A DNA stretch of 56,751 bases, taken from a virus. Lineage: Duplodnaviria > Caudoviricetes. The stretch is from the IMG/VR virus record IMGVR_UViG_3300028384_000458, positions 1 through 56,751 of that record; one strand, 5' to 3'. The position numbers were made by a program, and so were the translations under genes. The notes beneath the pieces were generated by a model that was given only the letters and a program-made list of their open reading frames with translations, was not told where the DNA came from and made no database searches. Positions 38,195 through 47,152 of this stretch are shown here, one piece after another. Numbering within the stretch: position 1 is the first letter of the stretch; every line of letters begins with the position of its first letter.

Positions 38195-39334
38195 ATGAAA
38201 GTCTTAGTTATTGGTGATATAATAATCGACAAGTATGTATACGGAACAAGCACACGTTTGAGTCCGGAAGCACCTGTGCCTGTAGTTACACAAGAACGTA
38301 TTGTAGAAACAGTAGGCGGAGCAGGACTTGTATACGAAAACTTAAAAAGTCTAGGCGTAGATGTAGACCTATTTGATTATTACTATCCCAAAAGCACTAA
38401 AACAAGAGTACTATGTGATGGACATTACATTACACGCATAGACGACGATGTTATTGTACCTGGTGAAAACACACTAGAAGACATCCTAAAAAAAGATTTT
38501 AGTCAATACACATATGTTATATTAAGCGATTATAACAAAGGTGTATTAGAACATTCAAATAATATTATTGCACACCTTAATAGTTTTGGTTGTAAAGTAA
38601 TTGTAGATCCTAAACGCCACGCAAGTTGCTATGAAGGTGCTTGGTTAGTTAAACCTAATGGTTCAGAATTTGAAGGCTTAGGATTTACAAAATGGCTTGG
38701 CAATATTATTACTACAAATGCATCTAAGCCTGTTATAGCAGAAATTGACAAAGAATATTATACTATATCAGTAGAACCTGTAGAAGTGTCAGATGTTACA
38801 GGAGCAGGAGATTGCTTCTTAGCAGCATTTGTCTATGCACTTACTAAAGGTTACGATTATCAAAAAGCATTAGAACTTGCAGTACAAGGTTCAACAGAAA
38901 GTGTTAAACACGTAGGCACATACGTTCTTACAGAAAAAGATCTAAAAAAACGTGTTGTGTTTACAAACGGATGTTTTGATGTATTACACAAAGGACACCT
39001 TACATTGCTAAAAGAAGCTCGTATGCAAGGTGATAAGTTAATTGTAGGTCTTAACAGCGATGATAGCGTAAAGCGTTTAAAAGGCGCTCTAAGACCGTTT
39101 AACGATGTAGAAACACGTATGGAGCAACTATTGTTAATTCCTTATGTAGACGAAGTTATTGTGTTTGACAACGACACTCCGTACGAGCTAATTAAAGAAC
39201 TAAAGCCAGACTTAATTGTTAAAGGTGGCGATTATACTGTAGAAGAAATTGTAGGACACGATCTAGCACCTGTGCATATTGTACCTACAGTCGAAGGCTA
39301 CAGCACAACAAAAATTTTAGAGGCACAAGAATGA
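38195..39334 (+). CDS. hldE: Bifunctional heptose-7-phosphate kinase / heptose-1-phosphate adenylyltransferase
   Basis: RLSPEAPVPV, SDYNKG and DVTGAGD (PfkB kinase); FTNGCFDVLHKGH, KGGDY and STT (transferase). Confidence 0.9.
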   Translation: MKVLVIGDIIIDKYVYGTSTRLSPEAPVPVVTQERIVETVGGAGLVYENLKSLGVDVDLFDYYYPKSTKTRVLCDGHYITRIDDDVIVPGENTLEDILKKDFSQYTYVILSDYNKGVLEHSNNIIAHLNSFGCKVIVDPKRHASCYEGAWLVKPNGSEFEGLGFTKWLGNIITTNASKPVIAEIDKEYYTISVEPVEVSDVTGAGDCFLAAFVYALTKGYDYQKALELAVQGSTESVKHVGTYVLTEKDLKKRVVFTNGCFDVLHKGHLTLLKEARMQGDKLIVGLNSDDSVKRLKGALRPFNDVETRMEQLLLIPYVDEVIVFDNDTPYELIKELKPDLIVKGGDYTVEEIVGHDLAPVHIVPTVEGYSTTKILEAQE

Positions 39335-40149
39335 AAATTTTAATTACAGGACACAAAGGATTTATTGGTCAAAATTTAACTTTTTATCTTCAAAATGATC
39401 ACGAGTTATTTGGCTACGAATGGCAAGAAGAACATTTACCAGAAGTTGAAGGTTTTGACTGGGTGATACACGTTGGTGCTATTTCAAGCACAACAGAACA
39501 AAATGTTGATAAAGTAATGCTACAAAACTATGAATTTAGCAAGTGGTTATACAATCAATGTAATACCAAAGGTGTAAACTTTCAGTATGCATCTAGCGCA
39601 AGTGTGTACGGACCTAATGCAAAGTTTGGAGAAGATGATCCTAAACTACCACAATCTCCGTATGCGTGGAGCAAATATTTGTTTGACAGATGGGTATGGC
39701 AGCAGCAACACAACGTTGTAGTTCAAGGCTTCCGTTATTTTAATGTATACGGTCCACTAGAAGATCACAAAGATGATCAAGCAAGTCCTCTAACAAAATT
39801 TATTAAGCAAGCAAAAGAAACAGGTACTATCACACTGTTTGAAAACAGTGACAAATATGAAAGAGACTTTGTTTTTGTAGGCGATGTGTGTGAAGCACAT
39901 AAGCAACTGTTAGAAAACAAAGAACGAGGATTGTATAATATTGGTACAGGTAAAACAGCAAGTTTCCAAACGATTGCAGATCTAATTGCAGAGAAACATA
40001 ATGCTAGTATTAACTACATACCAATGCCTGAACACTTAAAATCACAGTATCAAGAATATACTTGTGCAAACATAGAAAAGTTAAGTAAAGTTACAGATAT
40101 TAATTTTGCAACAGTAGAGGATTATGTAAATGGAACAGCAACCAACTAG
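39331..40149 (+). CDS. hldD: ADP-L-glycero-D-manno-heptose 6-epimerase
   Basis: TGHKGFIG, GAISSTT, YASSASVYG, YAWSK, RYFNVYG and YQEYTCA. Confidence 0.85.
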   Translation: MKILITGHKGFIGQNLTFYLQNDHELFGYEWQEEHLPEVEGFDWVIHVGAISSTTEQNVDKVMLQNYEFSKWLYNQCNTKGVNFQYASSASVYGPNAKFGEDDPKLPQSPYAWSKYLFDRWVWQQQHNVVVQGFRYFNVYGPLEDHKDDQASPLTKFIKQAKETGTITLFENSDKYERDFVFVGDVCEAHKQLLENKERGLYNIGTGKTASFQTIADLIAEKHNASINYIPMPEHLKSQYQEYTCANIEKLSKVTDINFATVEDYVNGTATN

Positions 40150-40561
40150 AAAAAGCGGCGTAGATCAAAAAGGTTGGGGCTACGAGATGATTTGGGCAAC
40201 CAACGATAAGTATTGCGGAAAGATTATGGCATTTACTAGAGAAGGTGCTATGACAAGTATGCACTTCCATAGAGAAAAAGACGAAACTTGGTTTGTTAAT
40301 CAAGGCAAATTTAAGGTTCGTTATATTGATACATCAAATAGTATAATGTATGAAAAAGATCTTAAAGAAGGTGATGTATGGCACAATCCGCCACTACAAC
40401 CACATCAGCTAATTTGTTTGTCTAAAGAAGGCAGTATTACAGAAGTTAGTACACCTGACAGTGTAGAAGATAACTTCCGTATTGGACCCGGTGACAGCCA
40501 AGTTGCTGAACAAAATAGAGCTAGTTTAGAAGCTCAGGCTAAAGCGTCTGCAAATTCATAA
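40130..40561 (+). CDS. Cupin-fold protein (sugar isomerase-like)
   Basis: KGWGYE, SMHFHREKDET, PHQL and EVST. Confidence 0.75.
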   Translation: MEQQPTRKSGVDQKGWGYEMIWATNDKYCGKIMAFTREGAMTSMHFHREKDETWFVNQGKFKVRYIDTSNSIMYEKDLKEGDVWHNPPLQPHQLICLSKEGSITEVSTPDSVEDNFRIGPGDSQVAEQNRASLEAQAKASANS

Positions 40562-41085
40562 AGATTGTTATAAATCTTAGTTTGCTTTTTAAGTTCTTTT
40601 TGAGCAAACGTATTAAGTTTTTTCTCAGCTTCATTGCCATAGCCCGTTCTTACTAAAATAGGATGGGCTTTTGCTTTTTGTGCTGCTTTTAAATCGTTAA
40701 ACTTATCTCCAACATAAAAGCCGTTTTTAAAGTTTACACCGATTTCTTTTTCTGCACGTTCAAACATACCAGTATTAGGTTTTGCGTAAATATCATCTTT
40801 TAAGTTTGTAGTTGCATAATACAATCCGTTAATACTGCGAATGCCTGCTTGACCCATTAACTGCAACATATAATCGTGTACAATATCGACATCTGTAGGA
40901 GTCATCATACCTTTCATGATGCCTGCTTGGTTAGTTAGGATTACAATATCATATCCTTTTTCACGCATCATTTTAATTGCTTCAAAACTTCCAGGAATAG
41001 GTTCAAACTGCTCTGGCTTAGTTACATATGTACCTAAGTCTACATTAATAGTTCCGTCTCTATCTAATCCAATTACCTTTCTCAT
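40534..41085 (-). CDS. gmhB: Heptose-1,7-bisphosphate phosphatase (HAD)
   Basis: LDRDGTIN, TNQAG, KPNTGM, VGDK..D and VRTGYG; the Zn-binding Cys cluster is absent. Confidence 0.85.
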   Translation of the reverse strand: MRKVIGLDRDGTINVDLGTYVTKPEQFEPIPGSFEAIKMMREKGYDIVILTNQAGIMKGMMTPTDVDIVHDYMLQLMGQAGIRSINGLYYATTNLKDDIYAKPNTGMFERAEKEIGVNFKNGFYVGDKFNDLKAAQKAKAHPILVRTGYGNEAEKKLNTFAQKELKKQTKIYNNLYEFADALA

Positions 41086-42563
41086 TTCCAAAAATTCCTA
41101 ATCCATTCTGTATTATTAGGGTAAGACTTTGCTTTCTCAGTCCACTCTTTTTTATTTTTAAAATATTCTTTTTCTGCATTACTATATGCATTTAAGTAAT
41201 GCAATTCTTTTAGTGCAACTTCTGGAGTTATATTACCTGTACCTGCTAAAACATAACTCCACAAACTCCAGCCTGCACAGCCTTGAAATATAGGAAACTG
41301 ATACCTCCCTGGCATTCTATACTTTGACATTTCTATAATATCTTTAACAAAATCTGTCATAGTATTACCTGTGGCAATATATTTCCAAAAATCCGAGTCG
41401 TCTCTACCACAAATGTAGTGTGCAACAAGGAAATCTCTAAATGTATCATACATAAATGCAAAACGTTCGTTATAGTCATTTATTGCTTTTTCTTGTAATG
41501 TAGCAACCTTAGTTGGTTTAATTGCTGCTGATAAACTTAGTGTTTGTAAAATTTGGCTGTGTATACTTGTTGCTTCTAATGGTTCTAAAAACGTACTGCT
41601 TAGACCAATTGCACAGCAATTCTTAATCCAAAACTTTTCTTGTCGGCCGCTTTCAAATCTAATTTGTTTCTGAGGTTCAATTTCATATCCTAGTAGTTGT
41701 TCTATTTCTTTGTGTGCATCGTCAAAAGAAATAAAGTCTTCACAGAATACATATCCACAACCGTATCTATGTTGTGTAGGGATTTGCCATAACCAACCTG
41801 CTTTTTGTGCCCAGGCAATAGTTGCAGGTTCAATAATCTCATTGTCTTTGTACTTTGTCCAAAACGGCATTGCTGCATTTACAGGCAAGTGCTTTTGATA
41901 ACTGACCCATTTTCCGCCCATCTTGTTTATAATAAGTTTTTTAAATCCTGTTGCATCTACAAAAAAGTCTCCTTTAACTTTTTTGCCGTCGACAATTAAA
42001 GCAGTTGCTTCTCCTGACATAGGATGTATTTTTACTTCATCTATGTTTCCAATTACATGTGTTACATTAAGGCCACAATGCTTTTTACAATATTGTCCAA
42101 ACTTATGTGTATTAAAGTGGTAAGCATGTAAGCCCGGGTCTATATCAAAGCTATTTGTGTTTTGATCCATATGCACACCGTGCTCAGTTGCAAGGTGTAT
42201 ATCTTCTATTTTGTTGTTTGCTACAGTATATGCAAAAACAGTATCGTTGCCATCTCGTGCAGTTTCAGTACCAAAAATAGGACCATAGTAGTGCCTGCTA
42301 ATATCTTTGTTCCAGGCTTTGTGTTTAATACCGTACTTAGGAGTTACATCACATTCTTCAATAAAAGTTTTTTCTGAAGTTCCTAAATCAATCAAACTGC
42401 CATTAATGACTGTAGCTAAAAGACCGGTACTACTTTCGCCAGTACCTACTATACCTATTTCTTTGCTTTCAACGAGAGTTATATTATGATAGAGATGAGT
42501 CTTTGACAATATTAGTGCTGTTAGCCACCCTGCTGTCCCGCCGCCTGCAATTACTATTTCCAT
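41082..42563 (-). CDS. Flavin-dependent (tryptophan-halogenase family) enzyme
   Basis: GGGTAG, GTGESS, TPKYGI (catalytic Lys position), GWLWQIP and FLEPLEATSI. Confidence 0.82.
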   Translation of the reverse strand: MEIVIAGGGTAGWLTALILSKTHLYHNITLVESKEIGIVGTGESSTGLLATVINGSLIDLGTSEKTFIEECDVTPKYGIKHKAWNKDISRHYYGPIFGTETARDGNDTVFAYTVANNKIEDIHLATEHGVHMDQNTNSFDIDPGLHAYHFNTHKFGQYCKKHCGLNVTHVIGNIDEVKIHPMSGEATALIVDGKKVKGDFFVDATGFKKLIINKMGGKWVSYQKHLPVNAAMPFWTKYKDNEIIEPATIAWAQKAGWLWQIPTQHRYGCGYVFCEDFISFDDAHKEIEQLLGYEIEPQKQIRFESGRQEKFWIKNCCAIGLSSTFLEPLEATSIHSQILQTLSLSAAIKPTKVATLQEKAINDYNERFAFMYDTFRDFLVAHYICGRDDSDFWKYIATGNTMTDFVKDIIEMSKYRMPGRYQFPIFQGCAGWSLWSYVLAGTGNITPEVALKELHYLNAYSNAEKEYFKNKKEWTEKAKSYPNNTEWIRNFWK

Positions 42564-42587
42564 ATAGATATTTAAACAAGCAGTCAC

Positions 42588-42615
42588 AAAAAAAGGGCAG
42601 TTTTGAACTGCCCTT
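42588..42615 (-). terminator. Intrinsic terminator
   Basis: AAGGGCAGTT-loop-AACTGCCCTT with a T tract on the minus strand. Confidence 0.7.
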
Positions 42616-42628
42616 AATTATTTAAGTA

Positions 42629-43285
42629 TTAATCGTCTGCGCCGACAATATCATCTGGCGTATGTTTTTCAATCTCGTCGTCTTCTTCGTTTGGTAAGTT
42701 ACCATGAACAATACGAGGAATATCAATTGACATTAAGTAATTAAACATACGAATTTTTAGATCGTATGAGTAAATTACTTCCTCGGCCATTTCGTCAGTA
42801 AGTTTTGCATCTAACTCTTTAATTAGCGCATCAACATCTTCACTCCACTGGAACATTGTGTTTGATCCTGGAATTTTATCTAAGTCAATTACCTTAGAAA
42901 GTTCTAATAGATCTCCGTGCATCGCATAAACATGTGCAAGTCCTTGCATGTTATCGTTGATGTCGTCTTCTACAAGTTCTTTTAGACGCTTCTGCATTTC
43001 TGTAGTTGAAAAACTAGGCTGTGGCATAAATTTATTACCCATCTGTTCTACCCATAGTTCTTCAAAATCATCACGTACTTTATTGTAACGTAATAGTTCA
43101 GGCATGTCATCAATTACGCCTAGGCCTTCGAGCCAATCTTCAATCGCCTCATATCTGCCTCTCTGTTCCCAAAGGTACAGAGCATAGCGTTTATCTGTGA
43201 CATTACCATCTAGAATTTTTTGATAAAAAGGATGAGCTTTAACTTCATCATATTTCATCTTTGTAAGCAATTTTAGATTTGACAT
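42629..43285 (-). CDS. Heme-oxygenase-like protein (divergent)
   Basis: LKLLT...HPF, Y..YL, YEAIE, LAHVY...GDL, PGS.TMFQW and EE...SYD follow heme oxygenase order. Confidence 0.6.
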   Translation of the reverse strand: MSNLKLLTKMKYDEVKAHPFYQKILDGNVTDKRYALYLWEQRGRYEAIEDWLEGLGVIDDMPELLRYNKVRDDFEELWVEQMGNKFMPQPSFSTTEMQKRLKELVEDDINDNMQGLAHVYAMHGDLLELSKVIDLDKIPGSNTMFQWSEDVDALIKELDAKLTDEMAEEVIYSYDLKIRMFNYLMSIDIPRIVHGNLPNEEDDEIEKHTPDDIVGADD

Positions 43286-43318
43286 TTATATCTCCACTGT
43301 ATTAAGTATATTTATCAA

Positions 43319-44197
43319 TTAAGGACGCCAACCGTCATCTGAAAATCCAGTTTGCTCTAAGTTAGCCCACTCTAACTCTTGTAAAACAATTATTTCTTTG
43401 TCTTTAATCTTGTTGTTATATTTATTAGCAAGCTCGTATGCATTATCGTGTAAAGATTCAATACCCAAAGCCGGTGCAAAAAACTTTTCTGCATACTCTA
43501 GATGTTCTAACGGCAAAGGATGTATTTCAGGTAACAAATGTGTTTTCAATGCATCTTCATTTTCCTTTGAAGGCACACATAACGGTCTTGATTTAAAAAA
43601 CTCGTCCGTTGTTTTGAAGTTAAGTGCATTAAGAATAGGTTTAACTTTTGGCATTACAATGTCGCCATATGTATCTATTATAGTACCTTGATTTTCATAT
43701 GTTAGTAGAGTTTCTTTTTCAAATGGTCTTGACTCTAAACCTTCTTTCCACTCTCTAAAGCATGTATCAACTACAGTACATCCAATATGTTCTAATGCAG
43801 TTTTTGTACTTGTAATTAATGCACAATCACGCATTACACAATGTAACTGATCAGTCCATTGCATTTCGTCTTCGTATTCAAATCCGTTGAGTATAAACTT
43901 TTCTTTTTTGTAATTTCGATCTCCAAAACCGCCTGGACAATACCAGCCATTATCTTCGTGATATCTATCTTCACGAAACATGTTGCTCCATTGAATTAGT
44001 ATAACATCGTCTTTGGTAAACTTGTGTACTGCGTTAGCTTCCCAAATACGTGTGCTGATATACATGTTGCCAGCGCCGCTTCTTCCCCAGTTCATGCCAG
44101 GCGCCTCGTGTGTATCCTCGTAGTGTGTGATTAATATATCAGCCCAAGTAGGATAAAAATATTGTGTCAAACTGCATCCAAATGCAAATACTCTCAC
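43319..44197 (-). CDS. SGNH/GDSL-hydrolase-like protein
   Basis: FAFGCS, YPTWAD, GRSGAGN, FREDRYH and HPLPLEH are shared with 3758..4573. Confidence 0.5.
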   Translation of the reverse strand: MRVFAFGCSLTQYFYPTWADILITHYEDTHEAPGMNWGRSGAGNMYISTRIWEANAVHKFTKDDVILIQWSNMFREDRYHEDNGWYCPGGFGDRNYKKEKFILNGFEYEDEMQWTDQLHCVMRDCALITSTKTALEHIGCTVVDTCFREWKEGLESRPFEKETLLTYENQGTIIDTYGDIVMPKVKPILNALNFKTTDEFFKSRPLCVPSKENEDALKTHLLPEIHPLPLEHLEYAEKFFAPALGIESLHDNAYELANKYNNKIKDKEIIVLQELEWANLEQTGFSDDGWRP

Positions 44198-45651
44198 TTG
44201 TATAATTCCCTAATCATTGTAATAATTGTTTTGTGACTTAGTTTAGGAGCACTAGCAATTTCACTAGTATATTTGTTGTAGACTTCAGCTGTATAATCTT
44301 GTAACTCTTTAGGTAAACTGTTAAATTGTTTTTTAATTGCCTTTTTGTCTATTAATCCTAATGCATACATTACTATAAAATAATTCATACTGATAAACAG
44401 CACCTTGTCTGATAAATGTCCAAAATCGCTGTTAACCGGCATTCTATTTTTAAACATTTCTAAATGTTGACTTAAACTGTCTGGTAACTGTATGTCTTTA
44501 CATGATCTCCAAAATGGTGTATCGTCTCTATCAGTTAGATAGTGCAACAATATAAAATCTCTAATGTTTTCCATAATAGCATTAAAATTTTTATTGTATA
44601 TGTTAATATCTGCCTGACTATAATTATATATTCTACTTGCTAGTAGAAAACTTTGCTGAATACTAGTGCCAATACTAGTTGCCTCTAACGGTTCTACAAA
44701 TGCACTACTTAGTCCGATTGCACAGCAATTATTGATCCAAGGGCAATCTAATGCACCTGCATCAAACTCAATGTGTTTAGCAACTTTAACTTCGTGTCCT
44801 AGATATTCTTCTACTTCTGCTTGTGCTTGTTCTGGTGTGATATAATTCTTATCAAAGATATATCCATTGCCTTTTCTCCCCCACACAGGAATACGGAACA
44901 TCCAGCCTGCATCCATAGCACGAGCAAGTGTCCACATAGGATAATCTTCATTTTCTGTAGGGAATACGATAGCACTATTCATTTTTAAATGCTCCGAGTA
45001 GCTATTCCATTTAGCTCCTAATTTATCAATTAGTAATCTTCTGAATCCTGTACAGTCAATATAAAAGTCATAATTGTAAACAGTATTGCCTACAATAGTG
45101 TCAATGTTACCATTGTCGTCTAAATTAACTTCTTTAATTACGTCATCGTAAATTCTGATTCCTCTTTCTTTAGAGAGATTTGTTAGAAACTCGTTTAGCT
45201 TATGTGTATTAAAATGATACTGACTTGTTACAGAATCTTTAACACTCTCAAAGTTTTCTTCTAAAAAATATACTTCGCTACCTTGTGCCAACGGCAATGT
45301 TAAATCTATTGGTTCAACGCCCTGAGAAGCTAGATAGGAATACATAATATGATTATCTCCATACTTTGCTGTATAGTTGCCTTCGACTATATGTAGATAA
45401 TCTTTATCAGTCCAGTTTTCAAAACGTATTCCTGCTTTATACGTTGCATCACATTTTGTGACTATGTCAGTATTAGTAATACCAACAAAATCCATAAACT
45501 GACGCCAGTGCTCCGTAGAACCTTCGCCTACTCCAATAGTTCCAATTTTATCAGATTTAATAACATCGATAAAATAGTTAGGATAGGTTTGTTTTAAAAT
45601 TAACGCAGCTACAAATCCTGCTGTGCCGCCGCCAACAATTGCTATTTTCAT
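44194..45651 (-). CDS. Flavin-dependent (tryptophan-halogenase family) enzyme
   Basis: GGGTAG, IGVGEGST, ATYKAGI, GWMFRIP and FVEPLEATSI; start at 45651. Confidence 0.85.
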   Translation of the reverse strand: MKIAIVGGGTAGFVAALILKQTYPNYFIDVIKSDKIGTIGVGEGSTEHWRQFMDFVGITNTDIVTKCDATYKAGIRFENWTDKDYLHIVEGNYTAKYGDNHIMYSYLASQGVEPIDLTLPLAQGSEVYFLEENFESVKDSVTSQYHFNTHKLNEFLTNLSKERGIRIYDDVIKEVNLDDNGNIDTIVGNTVYNYDFYIDCTGFRRLLIDKLGAKWNSYSEHLKMNSAIVFPTENEDYPMWTLARAMDAGWMFRIPVWGRKGNGYIFDKNYITPEQAQAEVEEYLGHEVKVAKHIEFDAGALDCPWINNCCAIGLSSAFVEPLEATSIGTSIQQSFLLASRIYNYSQADINIYNKNFNAIMENIRDFILLHYLTDRDDTPFWRSCKDIQLPDSLSQHLEMFKNRMPVNSDFGHLSDKVLFISMNYFIVMYALGLIDKKAIKKQFNSLPKELQDYTAEVYNKYTSEIASAPKLSHKTIITMIRELYK

Positions 45652-45713
45652 GTTAATATTTATAGACTTGCCAGAAGTACATAGTCTTATATGGCAAGTG
45701 TTTAAATAGTTGT

Positions 45714-46346
45714 ATGACAAAGATAACTTCAGTACAGCAAGAACAAGCGCCTATGCATAAGGTTAATCTTTTTGATCAGAGCATGTGTGTAATTAACTTT
45801 AATAAACACTTTGAAGTAAAAGAGCAAATGTCAAGAATTGTTAACGATATTGCACAAACTTCTATGAACGCTAACAATTATCATCATACAGATGTATATC
45901 AATCTCCTCCAGGATTGCAAATGAATAACGGATTTGACTGTTTGCTGCGTAGTCCTGAAATGCAAGAATTTGTACAACTAAAAACAAAAGAGCTTGTTAT
46001 TCCTGCTGAAAAGTATCTTGTATGCGACAACATGTGGGTAACATTTATTCCTCCAGGAGGAATGTTGCGCAGCAGAGATTATGAAGGTGTGTTTTTTGGA
46101 TCGTACTTTTTACATTCGCCTGCAGATTCTGGAATGGTTACTATAGAATCTCTTACACCGAGTTCTTATTATTTAAAGTTAGGCAACGTTCAAAACAATG
46201 AATTTAACAATAATGTTAGAGCATTTAATATGCCAGAGGCATCGATATTTTTAGTACCATCTTATTTAAGATTAGGAACTACTACAAACACATCTAACGA
46301 AGTTGCTGTACAAATTAATTTTACATTGGATATAGTTGATAGATAA
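45714..46346 (+). CDS. Degenerate 2OG-Fe(II) oxygenase-like protein (TIGR02466-like fold)
   Basis: MW....PGG, SYFL..P..SG, PSYL, N.S and INF scaffold, with the metal-binding His residues absent. Confidence 0.5.
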   Translation: MTKITSVQQEQAPMHKVNLFDQSMCVINFNKHFEVKEQMSRIVNDIAQTSMNANNYHHTDVYQSPPGLQMNNGFDCLLRSPEMQEFVQLKTKELVIPAEKYLVCDNMWVTFIPPGGMLRSRDYEGVFFGSYFLHSPADSGMVTIESLTPSSYYLKLGNVQNNEFNNNVRAFNMPEASIFLVPSYLRLGTTTNTSNEVAVQINFTLDIVDR

Positions 46347-47152
46347 TGCAAGCATTTATTTTTACAAATACTAATGCAAGTATTGCTTGGTTGTCAGCAA
46401 AGGCACTTGCAAATTATGCTGCAAAAGGAAATAACTTTATTGCTGTTTTTGATTACGAGTATGATATTTTAGAACAAGTACCAGAGCTATATCAAAAAGT
46501 ATATTTTTTAAATACGCCAAATATTTTTAAAAAAATAAAAGAGTGCGAATTAATAATTTTAGATTTTGATTTAGATATGTTTGCAAATAAATGTGCAACT
46601 TATCAAGAATATGTTAATTTAAAAATTAGTAAAACTTCTAATCTATTAGCTCTACGTATAGACACAAATAAACAGTTAGATAGTGTGATTGCAGGTTTTG
46701 ATAAACACCAATTTACTAACGTATTCTTATCTATTAAAGATCAAAGATATTTTAGTCTTTGTAAAGAATACTTAGACGATTTAGTTAATGTAATTACATA
46801 TGATACACAGTCGATTGTTGACTTATATTACTTAATTAGTAAATGTAATTTTGTTGTAACAGACAATCAAATAGAATACTTAATTGCGAAAGACTTAAAC
46901 ATTCCTAGTTTTGTTGTTGTAGACAACTTGAATGTAACTGTTGAAAAATCTAAAAATACTTTTATATTTGATCCTTATAAAAATGAAACACATAATTTGC
47001 CGCCAAAAGTTTTTGCTAAAGACAGAGCGTTAACTAAAAACATAAACTTTCAAATTGTAGATCAAAACAGTGTAAAAGACTTACTTAATACAGAACTTAA
47101 AGATGCATTAGACAAGTATAAGATTCCGTATGTTACTTATTTGCCCAACTAA
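46346..47152 (+). CDS. Degenerate GT9-like protein
   Basis: Alignable by eye to 50976..52055 (N-terminal AF...NFI.V; LISKCNFVVTDNQIEYLIAK versus IIHIADHFIGCDSVGQHIAK). Confidence 0.45.
   Translation: MQAFIFTNTNASIAWLSAKALANYAAKGNNFIAVFDYEYDILEQVPELYQKVYFLNTPNIFKKIKECELIILDFDLDMFANKCATYQEYVNLKISKTSNLLALRIDTNKQLDSVIAGFDKHQFTNVFLSIKDQRYFSLCKEYLDDLVNVITYDTQSIVDLYYLISKCNFVVTDNQIEYLIAKDLNIPSFVVVDNLNVTVEKSKNTFIFDPYKNETHNLPPKVFAKDRALTKNINFQIVDQNSVKDLLNTELKDALDKYKIPYVTYLPN

Noticed and set aside
5007-41085. Bacterial chromosome or LPS locus origin for the kds/hld genes
   Set aside because: These genes are interleaved and overlapped with T4-like core genes and share the phage promoter geometry.
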